From Seison nebaliae (lineage: Eukaryota), in the NCBI GenBank assembly GCA_023231475.1, contig JALJEE010000987.1, forward strand, positions 49,368-69,367: DNA of 20,000 bases, in the 5' to 3' direction. Shown piece after piece: positions 9,675 through 20,000 of the stretch. The position numbers and the translations under genes are program-made. The notes under the pieces were generated by a model. The model ran no database searches. It was given only the letters and a program-made list of their open reading frames with translations, and was not told the origin of the DNA. Numbering within the stretch: the stretch's first letter is position 1; each line of letters starts with the position of its first letter.

Positions 9675-10118
9675 ATGTGTTCTCTTCACTTGTCCTCCCA
9701 TTATACGGACTCGATTCTCTTAAAATATTCGTCTCCAACAGCTCATTCGTCAAAATGGACTGAACTTACAACAATCGTAATCTTATTTTCGCAGTCACCG
9801 ACATATCTCCATTTCCTATTCTCTATTGTCTACGCATTTTCCGCGTCTTACAACTTTTCAGCATCGGGTCTCTTCACCAACATATCATGTCTTATTCAAC
9901 GCTCTATCAAATCGAATAATTCCGTCTTTTCTCACACCATTGTACACTATTCGATAGATCACTCACCTCTTTCAACAGAATTTCGTGAGTTCATCTTCTC
10001 GTTTTCATCAGTGTCTCGGTTAGTTGGCTGCCTTAAATTCTGTCAAAAATTATCCAATACCCTGATATTAAAAAATCAACCTAGGGCCTTGAACATTTTC
10101 CGCGAAAGCAACGTTTGA
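9675..10118 (+). other. 147-codon ORF of uncertain status, possibly a decayed non-LTR retroelement 3' end or an orphan gene
   Basis: Open for 444 nt in locally C-rich sequence, and the two antisense frames checked are closed. Followed by T-rich tracts and an (AAAT)n tail at 10265-10281. Only weak resemblance to non-LTR ORF2 C-termini. Confidence 0.25.
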
Positions 10119-10716
10119 ATTGTCCCTGTATGGGAATTTACAGACTTCTTTTTTCTTTTTTTACCTTTATAAATTTTTTCCTACGTAAGATTACTGGATT
10201 TGTCTGTAACTCTATTCAATCTTATTCCTTTTTTTCTCTTTTTCTTTCTTTTGCCTCTTATTAAAAATAAATAAATAAATATTATTTAAATTGTTTTTAT
10301 TGAAACTTAAATTAAAATAGTTAGATGAAAACTGTAAATAATATATGATAATTATTAAGAATTAGTTTAAATCAAATTATTGGGATGCTGATTGAGATTG
10401 AACTTCTTCGTCCATAATCATAGCCTGCCCTGCTGCAGCATACGAAAATACACAAAGAATGGAGTAACATATTCGATCGGCTTCTTTCTACAAAAAAAAG
10501 CAGGTTCAAATAAAAATAAATTCACTTCTGCAGATACTAATCACAATGAAATAACGATTCATAACAATTTGATGAAAGTAATAAAATATTGAACTAATTT
10601 GGAATAATAATAAAAATAAGAAAATTTCACTGGTATTTAACACTCATACGAAGAAGAGATTATGGAATGTTTGATGTTATTCGAATATTCGAATGTTAAT
10701 GGAAAGTGTTTGACAT

Positions 10717-13700
10717 TCATTCAAAATTAGATGATAATTCTAATAGAGTTGAAGGACGTCTTTCCAAAGAAGCTTCGGCTTCTCCAAGCGCTGCTGAATT
10801 TTCATTCTCTCCATTATAATCCCCTTGGTCGTCACAATATGGCACATTCATACTTGTTGTGATGAGAGTGATTGACGGAGTATCACCTAATTTTCTTGGT
10901 AATAATATTGAATTTCTTTTCATAATTTGTGGTCGATTATGTTTCCTTGAATTATTATGTTGGAACACGATGGAAAATATTCGATGTAATTTTAATGCAA
11001 TATCTTGAAACTACACAATTTTTGCACAAGATACACAATTAATATCACAAAAATCAGCACAATAAAGACAAAATATAAAATAAAACGTAGAAAAAAATTA
11101 CTTACAGCGATCGAATAATATTCCTTTTCGTACAATTCTCCTGAAATAATATCGAGCACTTCTATGACGAAAATATTTCCCTTCTTTGTTGTACATTTTT
11201 TGATACGAGACAACTCGATAAATTCCTGTAAGAGAAAATTGAAATTTTGAAAAGAAAATTAAAAAACGGAAAATGTAGGGTAATTAAATTGAAGTCCCTC
11301 CAGACAAATTTCAACAATACCATTCTCTTTGCTTTCCAAATCAGTTATCTTGAAGTTTCCTCCCAATTCTTGTCCTTCATTTAGAATGATAAATAAATTT
11401 GTATACACGTGAATTTAAGAAGAATGAAGACCTGGAATTTTTTCTTGCATACGTATCGCCGCATTCTCCATTGCATCTTTTATTGAAAAGTACAGATCTT
11501 TACTTTGCTAAAAAGTTTTTCTTGTCGTGAATAACTAAAAGGATAAATAGGAGATAACTTTTCTTGTATAAAATTTTGATAATTCAGTTTCTCCATCAAC
11601 ATTCGTCCATAAACATAGCACTTTAGTTTTAGGACAGAATGTCATATTCACTAATTTCTCGTACCACCAACGTTCTTTGATCTCACCTAGAACACTTCTA
11701 ATAATTATACAATCATCACAAACCTTTTAATTAAAGATAATTTGAATATGAAAGTGAAAAGAAAAGAAAAGAAAAGAAACTTCCATAAACATTAATTCAC
11801 CAGAGTTGTCTGTTCCTAAATGAGCGGCGAATGAACTTTTCGATATTAATCGACTATTGGCTGGTTTTAAATCTACATCATTTCCATTTAATTGACTAAT
11901 ATGATCAGATAATTCATTTATTTGTTGAGATAAGACGAGACCAATATGACATTTCCCTAATAGTCGTCGTACCTTTCGACGAATATCTTCTCGATTCACT
12001 TTCATCATTATCATAAAAGCAATGAGATTGTAGAGGAAAACTGTCAACAATTGATCTTCATCTAATTCTAATCGTTTCTTTTCCGCTAATTTTAAAGTTA
12101 AATAACGATCCATCATTTCGCCTGGTCCTAAAGAAAGATGAGGAAAATATTTTGAAAATTAAAAAGAAACCTTGATCCATTCCAATCATGTCACGTTCTT
12201 GAGCAACGGCATCAAGAAAGGCATCTTCCCAAAATTGCATAGAATCCCATAAATGAGAACGATTTGTAAGTAAATTCTCAAACACATAAAACTTGTCAGG
12301 ACTGACACTCGTCGTTAAAATCGTTCCATACCGATAACGATATCCACTGGAGATATTTGATTTGGCTGTCGGCAAACCATAATTCATAGACATGGTATAA
12401 TTGTATGAAATGTTTGAATTTTTTATTCGACTGGAATTAATTGTTGATGAAATAGAACTATTGTCACTAATCATTGATGTGGTGAGATTGTTGAATGATT
12501 TCTTATCATTATTACCAGACAAAGAATTCATTGTGGTAGATGGGACGGTTGAATTAATATTTTGTGATGATGCTTTCTCAATTTTCTGCCAAAAATGCGT
12601 ATGAGCTAATTCCAATAATTGGAATGCACTTGCCATTCCTCCCAATCCATTATTTGCGTACGTCCGTTCCAATCCATGAATGATGAGTTGACACAGTTTT
12701 ACTGTTCCTTTATAAACTTCTTTCGATATTAACTAGAAAAAATGGAAATAAACGATTATAAAGAATATTAACCACATCATCGATATGTTCATCAGCATGC
12801 TTCAATCGACGATTTAATGATGTATTCAAATGAGATAAAATAAAATTACGATAATTCTCATCTTCCATCAAGCGTTTCGTTCGTGTAATTTTCAACCATG
12901 GAACACCTTCTCCTTTCAATACACTAATAACAACTTCTTTCAAAAATAACTGATTATCACTAAAAAAAATAAAGAAACGAATCAATGATCAATGAACAAA
13001 CGATGAGTAAAATGAACCTGTGAGTAGCACTTTGTATTTCCATACTATGTTTCCGTTGGATATCACCATGATCTTCATCCAACAAATTCTTCGAACTACT
13101 TCGACTTATCGAAATCTTCTTATTTGGCACATCATCTTCTGTTGTTCCATGTTTCTGCTGTATTCGTAACAATTGAGGAGAATCAATTCGATCACTAGGC
13201 AATGTTTTTGGTTCATTCTTTCTCAATGATATCCAATCCTGAAATGTCGCTTTCGCTCCATTACTCGCATTCTTCATCACATCTGCCAAATCATCACCAA
13301 TTAATGCAATTACTGATTTACTTTGTTGTTGTTGTTGTTGTTGTTTATTGATATCTAAATATTTTTGTTTTTGTTGTTGTTGTAGTTGTTTAACAGGAGA
13401 TGTTTGTTTTGTGTCGAATGGATTCGTTGTATGTTTTTCTTGTTGATTCAATGTTAAATTAGAAATAGCCTTATTCTCATTGAATTGTTTTTCCTGTTGT
13501 TCTAATGATGATACATTCGATTTTTTTTCGTTATTCAATTTATTATAAATAACATTCATATCATCAATCGAAATATTTTTTTTCATTAATGATGTTGATG
13601 GTATCATAGATGATGACTGCTCATTAGTACTCAAACTTTGATTAGGTGATTTCTTCATAAAATTAGGATTGCTACCATTAGCTAATGGTGAAAAAGATGG

Positions 13701-16412
13701 TTGTTGTGATTGTTGTTGACCAGATGTTGAAAGAATTCTTTCACGATTCTTATTAAGAAAAGTTTCTGGAGAAGATTGAATGGTTTGTTGGAATAGTACT
13801 TGATCATTATCTGAATTTTTTGATGATGTCGAATCACTGATTGTTGACTGATGACTGGATGAAGAATCTGATGTTAATAATGCTTCATCATCCTCATCGT
13901 GGTCATGAGTAGGATTTAATAATTCTTCATTCTCTCCAGGTGATGAACGGTGGTGTATTTTCGATGATTTTATTCGTTTCACTCGCTTCGGCGCCTCATA
14001 ATCAGAATATTCTACACATTTAGTTAATAATTGTTCTTTTGGATACATATCTGGTCGAGTTTTCGATAGTATATTTGTATCATTAAATTCTAAATCATTC
14101 GCCGAATCATTCATCATCGAACTTTGACTATTTAAAGAACGATCATTGTTCTTTCTTGATGATGTTTTTGGTGTTGTAGAACTATTTTGAGTTTTAGATA
14201 AAGTTGTCGTTAAAATCGAATTCATACTATTATCATTAATCGAGTATAATTCATCTTGAATGTGATATGGAGATTTTGCAGCATTTTCTGTCGATTCGCT
14301 AATCGATGATTTCAATTTCATTTCTTCAGTTTTCAATTCAAGATCATTTAAATAATCCACCATTTTCTTACCATCGTCAACTGGTGAGAATGATGTCGAT
14401 TCAGCTGGAGATCCATCGTTATCTACCAATAACAATTGATTTTTCATCGCTAGAGTAATGGAAGAAGAAGATGATGATAATAATAATTGTTCATTCGTTG
14501 CAACGGAAAATTTCAATGTCTTACAATTTCTACTATACCATTTAGATTTATCACCAATTAACGATGGGTCAATAACTCCAGTAAATATTCTTTGAAATGC
14601 AACATTCACAGGATTTAAGAATACTTCAGCAAAATATTCGATTGCTTGAGATTTAGCTAATCGTAAAATGAATGGACATTTGGTTGGTCGCGATCGTAAA
14701 AAAGAGTTATGTTGAAAAGCGACAACAGGACGTGGAAATAATCGTAACGTTCTCGTATGATCATTAAAATTGCCGAGAACGTTTGGAGAATTAAAAAATC
14801 GAACCATTGCAACTCTTGTAGCGATATCCACAGAATCGACATCAGTTCCATAAGATAGAGGATTGGTCAACGCTGAACAATTAGACTCATTATTTTTATT
14901 TGAGAAGAATGAATTGTCATTTCCATTCTTCATTGCAGAAATTGGTTTGGGCGATGATGTTAATGCATTTAACGCCTGTTGCAAATGAAGACGAAGGATA
15001 TCGCCCTCAGGTTGTGGTAAATCAGGAATGTTATCAGCCGTCATTGGTTTGATTAATTTGGCAGAATCGATATCCAATAACCAAACATCGTCTGGAAGAA
15101 CGAAATATCTTTTATATAAGAAGAAACTGGCTGGAACACCGATAATAAATGGTGTTGGAGCTAATAATAATTGTTCTGCACCACTCATACAAACCGGCAA
15201 TAACGGTATAACAGGAAACATATATTCTAAAGGATATAACATCGCCACAAATGCCATAACACTTTTCGACAATGTATTATAATCGCGTGATTGGAATATT
15301 ATTTTCTGTTCCAACAGAATAATTGTAAAGACTTTTATAGACAAATCAATACCAAGCAATTCCAATGGGAGATGTAATGGGAAATCAATTAAAGGAAATC
15401 TTGTCTTATCAGGTAGAGCAAATTGGAGTTGTTGTTCAATTTGTAATAATTCCATGTGAAGTTTTGTTTGACCAGCTAATGGGACAGGTGCCATTAACAA
15501 TCGTAGAATCCATGATTCCACATCACTCAATTGAGACATGACAATGGGAGATAATGTATTCACATCTTCCACCTGTCCAGTTAAAACGGACCAAACAGCA
15601 TTTCGAGAATTAAATTTCGGATTGGAATTCTCATGAGAATAATCGTTTCGTAATCGACCTTTCGCATGTTCATCTGTCGCATCGAAAATTCTCCTAAGTA
15701 AATCGACAATATAAGAGAACTTGGTAAAAAATGGATAATGTGATAATAAGCATATTGTCGTCAATGACTTAATTCCACGCCGATGTCGTTTTGATCGATT
15801 GGTCGATGATTTTCTCTCAAAACGCTTTTCTGTTCCAAGACTGGCACTATTATTCTTATCGATCGATAATTCACTTTCATCATCAGTCATTCGATTTTTT
15901 ATCGATTGTTCTCGACGTTGTCGAGCATTCGTTCCCGTTTTTATGACTTCCGATTGGTGATTACCTGATGAATTTTTATTTTCATTAATAGAATTCGATT
16001 GATTCTTTCCCGAGCTAATCTGTTGTTGTTGTTGTTGTTGTTGTTCGCCAGAACGAATGTAACGATAAAAATTATAACAAATACCATATCGTGTTTTCGC
16101 CGTATCTTTTTCGGTTAATGCAAAAACAAAATTAGAATCTCTCAATTGATTTGATGATAATTGTTTCATTCGACGTTGTATCTTCCCAGTAGCTTCAATA
16201 CAATCCACATCGATATTGATACAACCTTCCGGTTGACAAAAAAATATAACATCAGCAGGAAGTACGAAATCTTTGTGATCGATCAACGGATATCTTCTTA
16301 ATAATTCTGGAGGTTGAGCGGCTGCACCTTTTGCCGATGGATGTCGACAACCTACAATGATGATGTAATCAACCAATCTAGGACAAACATGAGATGAACT
16401 AAAACTATTCAT
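10717..16412 (-). CDS. MADD: MAP kinase-activating death domain protein / Rab3-Rab27 GEF (MADD, AEX-3), ~1750 aa, 9 exons
   Basis: N-terminal [12 protein letters not shown]...PELLRRYP...FFCQPEGC (uDENN), [12 protein letters not shown]...[14 protein letters not shown] (cDENN), [14 protein letters not shown]...[12 protein letters not shown] (dDENN). C-terminal [37 protein letters not shown]. Exons 16412-13018, 12959-12773, 12732-12171, 12127-11781, 11723-11559, 11507-11432, 11374-11268, 11225-11106 and 11010-10717 join in frame (5253 nt). Confidence 0.95.
13323..13343 (-). repeat. (CAA)7 microsatellite encoding poly-Gln in MADD
   Basis: TTG repeats on the + strand; translates as KQQQQQQQS. Confidence 0.85.
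16020..16043 (-). repeat. CAA/CAG tract encoding Gln8 in the MADD uDENN insertion
   Basis: TTG repeats on the + strand; translates as [10 protein letters not shown]. Confidence 0.85.
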
Positions 16413-16528
16413 CTAAAAATTAGAAACAGAAAAAATAATTAGAAAATTTTTATAATAAAATATCTGGGAAAATTCAAATTGATCAAATTTAAAAACTTAT
16501 AAAGATTTTATATATTTTTTATACAGAG

Positions 16529-17662
16529 TTATAGAGAAATGAAATAAGTTGAAGCAAAATATTTGTTTCCTTCATACAAATTTGAATGACGTTTTGATAT
16601 ATGAACTTCATTTAAGTCGAAATTGCCAAAACGGAAATCGGATAAAGTTTCCATAATCCTTTTCAAATTAATTGATGAAGTTGAAAATTTCTTTTTATTG
16701 AAATTTGTGTTCATTATCGTACAATGTAATTTAACGAGAGCAATCTCTTCCGCCGATTGTGGAGTCGTGTCGATCTTATGTTGATAGAATTCTTTATTCT
16801 TCTTATAAATATATTTCGTTCCATGAAATGCTTCCACAATTAAATTACTTAACATTTGGATGTGAAATGATTGAACGGTCGCATATACAATCTTAACTGC
16901 CATCACATCATCGTTCATAATATCGATATTTTTCAGTTCCAATGATTTAGGGGAAGTTTTAGGAAAACCATGTGATTTCCATTTATCGATCGTCCGAAGA
17001 AGAATGTCATTAACATCTTTGTGTTCTTTTTCAGTTAGAATGATAAGAGGAAGAAGAGTTAAATGGAACTTCCCAACTGATTGAAATAAATCATGTAAAT
17101 CGATATCTGTGAAATTATAGCAGTCATTCATTTCAATGAGTGGAACTGCATTCTTCTTAAAATTTTCAAAATTTCTTTTGATCTCATCATTCATTATTGG
17201 AATGGAGATAAAATGATTGAAATTTAAATCATTTCGAAACTTGTTTTCCAATTGTCGTAAATTTGAAATGGCATGAAAAATATTTGTTCTTTTATCAATT
17301 TCTGACTCTATTTTAACATTATTCTCATCATCTTTATTAAACAACTTTACCAATGGAGGAAAAGTTATTTTCGTCCCTGTCTCAATTTCTAATTTCTTTA
17401 ATCGTTTTCCTTTCTCGCCAATTATCTTTCCATGGAACACTTTCGGCATTTCCATCATTACATAACATTTACCATCATTATATAATAATTCTCTATCATC
17501 TATATTGTCATTAAGCACCATCTTATTATTCTCCTCCGAATTAAGATTGTCATCAACTGAATAATCTTTCGATGGACATCCATCATCTACATCTTTTAAC
17601 AATCGACGATAATATGCACCACCAATGTTTTCGAGAACATATCGACTATCACCTACGACCAT
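16529..17662 (-). CDS. ASCC1: Activating signal cointegrator 1 complex subunit 1 (KH domain plus 2H phosphoesterase)
   Basis: KH domain PKVFHGKIIGEKGKRLKKLEIETGTKITFP (GxxG), NHFISIP, two HxT motifs (FHLTL, LHCTI) and FGNFDLNEVHISKR. First in-exon ATG is at 17662. A possible 19-nt first exon (17737-17719, MNSLRN) joined by a 45-nt GTTAAT...AG intron would extend it in frame. The ORF track's TTG start at 17710 is unlikely. Confidence 0.9.
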   Translation of the reverse strand: MVVGDSRYVLENIGGAYYRRLLKDVDDGCPSKDYSVDDNLNSEENNKMVLNDNIDDRELLYNDGKCYVMMEMPKVFHGKIIGEKGKRLKKLEIETGTKITFPPLVKLFNKDDENNVKIESEIDKRTNIFHAISNLRQLENKFRNDLNFNHFISIPIMNDEIKRNFENFKKNAVPLIEMNDCYNFTDIDLHDLFQSVGKFHLTLLPLIILTEKEHKDVNDILLRTIDKWKSHGFPKTSPKSLELKNIDIMNDDVMAVKIVYATVQSFHIQMLSNLIVEAFHGTKYIYKKNKEFYQHKIDTTPQSAEEIALVKLHCTIMNTNFNKKKFSTSSINLKRIMETLSDFRFGNFDLNEVHISKRHSNLYEGNKYFASTYFISL

Positions 17663-19629
17663 TATCAATAATTCTATTAAATATAAAATGCTTACAAGCT
17701 TTTCCTTCAAATATTAACTATTTCTCAACGAGTTCATTCAAATGTGAGTGAACTATGAAAAATTCAAAGAATTATTAAATTTGTCCTTTATTGAATGACA
17801 GAAAGATGAATTATTGAAACACAAAGAATTTTAATATCTTCTCCATATACATTTACGATACAATTGACATAGTTACAACTCGATGAGAATATTTATATAC
17901 GTAATGAATTGTAGGGAAACTTTTCGATATCAACTGAGCATTTGTAGATGATGTACATATTCAATAAATATTCTTATCAATTATTATTTCATTCATGGAT
18001 ACACATGGACAATTATTGGAAAATATTGTTATTCTTTTATGTAATTCCTTTCTAGTAAGGTTTCTCAAGAAATTAAGAGAATCCTTTCTTTCCTTTCAAA
18101 ATTATAATTCATTTATTCATATATCAGTCAAAGTCAACTACGACATCCCAGTTGTTTACCCCACATATCCTTTTATATATATAATACATATATTGAAAAT
18201 AACTCTTATAAATATGTATTATATATTATACTATGGTATAAGTATATTTTGCTTCGATCGACCATATACTGAGCGTATGTTACTCCGATGGGGCAAACTT
18301 TTCATTTATCGCTATCAATAGAGCATTGATGTTCTGTGTCACTTATTTGAAACTCTTATCGAGGAGATCAGACTAAATCATTTGTTTCCGGTGATTCACC
18401 CAGTAAATTATCCTATTTCTTACTTTATTTACCGCATTGAGATTTGTTCTTCTAATAAAAAAAAAAGTTTTAATACATAAAGTCCACCATTATTCTAGTG
18501 AAATGGAAATAGGGATGATGCAAAATAATAATTAAACATGTGCTATATGGAGAAATGAAGATAATTCGCTCTATTCTCATTTCACCAAAAAAAGAAAAGC
18601 ACTTTTTATAGTATAAATTTCTACAATTTGCCTCAATAAATGATTATATCATCAAGAATGACAAAAATTATAAGAACAAAAGAATTAATATATTTAATGG
18701 ACAAAGAATAAGGAAATGTTTTATGTTTCTCTCTATTTGATATAATTGTCAAAATTTATCCATAGTTATTTCTATTGTTTCCCTCATAACTCACTATGAT
18801 AAATTATCACTATTTTGAAAGTTTTTAAATAGAATAACAGAAAACATCGAAACAAAATTTATATTTTTAATGTTGTCGTTTAGCCGTCGTCCTATTAAAT
18901 GCGTATAGCAAGGATGGCAGAGATGTTTTAGATATTCTTTTTCAATACGTACTAGATTAATTTCATAAAAATCCAAAAAATAACTACTCCTGCCAAAGAA
19001 AGTTGTTAAAATCCCATAAAATATCCTTAAATTTTAAAGAATTTTTATATCGATTTTATTAAAGAAAAAACTGAAATACGTTATTGGTTTTTTTGATCCT
19101 TCTAATAATAATTGGAAGGTCATTTGGTCGCGTTAAAATTGACATTAGTTTCAACATCCTTGAAAGACTGAATAATTATTCTCTCTGTTGTTCATAAAAT
19201 ATCATCAAAATCCTTTGGTTTAGTGCAGACTAATATCACAATGTCTAATAAAGTTCGTCAAAACGAAGATTGAGCGAAGACTCATATTATCAGCGTGGAC
19301 ATTTTTGGAAAATATTTGACTATGCTATCCCATGTGATAATTATTTTCTGAAGTCCTGGTGAAATGAATAACTTCTTCCTTCCATATACAGTGCGTAAAG
19401 AAATATCTCGGACATAGGAATTCCCATAGTTTTCAAAAATAGTTGTGACGGACATTTTATAAATTATCCGTTTATTTACAAAAAATTGGTGACAATTCTA
19501 CTCTTAATATTTTGTCCAACTTCCTTTACATTTGACTACTTCTAGTAATCGCTTATTCATGCTTTACGGTTACGAATTTAGATGATGTTTCTGGTGTTTC
19601 TGTTTTTTCCAATATTTCAATTATTTTCG

Positions 19630-19998
19630 CTACAATTTGTAAATTGTGTTCTGTTGCTTTTGTGTGTTGTAGTAGATTACCATTTGCTTCACCATCTTCG
19701 CCTCCTCTTTTTTCATTTTTTGAGTTAATAGTTTGCGAGTATGTTGTTGGATTCTTAACCACTTCTTCAGAGTGATCAAATTATTGTCACTTGTTTCCAA
19801 TTGAGATAAGTGTTCCCAAGGTAACGATGGGTGCCGTAACTCTCTTCCGTAAAGGATTTCGAACGGAGATATTCCTGTTGTTGATGATTTTTTCGAATTG
19901 AATGCAAATGTTAATTGATGTACAAATGAATCCCATTCGTTTTGATTTGTAGTCGAATATGATGCCAGAATTCTTCCAATTGTCAGGTGATTTCTTTC
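19630..19998 (-). mobile_element. Ty3/Gypsy-type integrase, C-terminal part of the core (5'-partial, apparently truncated)
   Basis: Frame missed by the ORF track: ERNHLTIGRILASYSTTNQNEWDSFVHQLTFAFNSKKSSTTGISPFEILYGRELRHP...YYNTQKQQNTIYKL*. This fits the ER.N.T...W...FA.N...G.SPF..LYGR signature of Gypsy/Ginger integrases. It stops before a GPY/F motif. Confidence 0.85.
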
Positions 19999-20000
19999 CA

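Noticed and set aside
10392..10592. 66-aa plus-strand ORF
   Set aside because: Non-ATG start, no motif, and lies antisense to the probable MADD 3' UTR.
12401..15282. ORFs 12401-12604, 14657-14851 and 15028-15282
   Set aside because: Alternative-frame or antisense shadows within MADD exons.
17995..18976. ORFs 17995-18321 (+) and 18794-18976 (-)
   Set aside because: Low-complexity I/Y/F/N-rich translations typical of AT-rich non-coding DNA; no motifs.
19553..19762. 69-aa minus-strand ORF in the track
   Set aside because: Mostly overlaps the integrase in a different frame; at most its last part is a frameshifted continuation.
1..20000. CRISPR arrays, prokaryotic operons, rRNA, or an alternative genetic code
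   Set aside because: No repeat-spacer array or rRNA motif was seen. Genes are spliceosomal and translate into conserved proteins with the standard code once introns are removed.

Overview
AT-rich, gene-dense animal (metazoan) genomic DNA with very short (40-95 nt) GT-AG introns. Minus strand: a partial secreted Ig-like gene (1-564), a 5-exon F-box/LRR gene (664-2422), a 9-exon MADD/AEX-3 (Rab3/Rab27 GEF) gene (10717-16412), ASCC1 (16529 to ~17.7 kb) and a truncated Ty3/Gypsy-type integrase at the right edge. Plus strand: a 1121-aa single-exon coiled-coil orphan. The non-genic interval 7.5-10.3 kb holds a 219-bp foldback element, a cluster of RNA-like hairpins flanking a symmetric TATCGATA-containing segment, and an internally deleted tRNA-Ala followed by a LINE-like tail. 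Two further points stand out. First, two co-directional gene pairs are only ~100 bp apart with splice acceptors at or near the downstream ATG, which resembles trans-spliced operons. Second, 11 of 12 modelled introns have non-consensus GTT/GTC donors. All gene models were read by eye and no database search was run.
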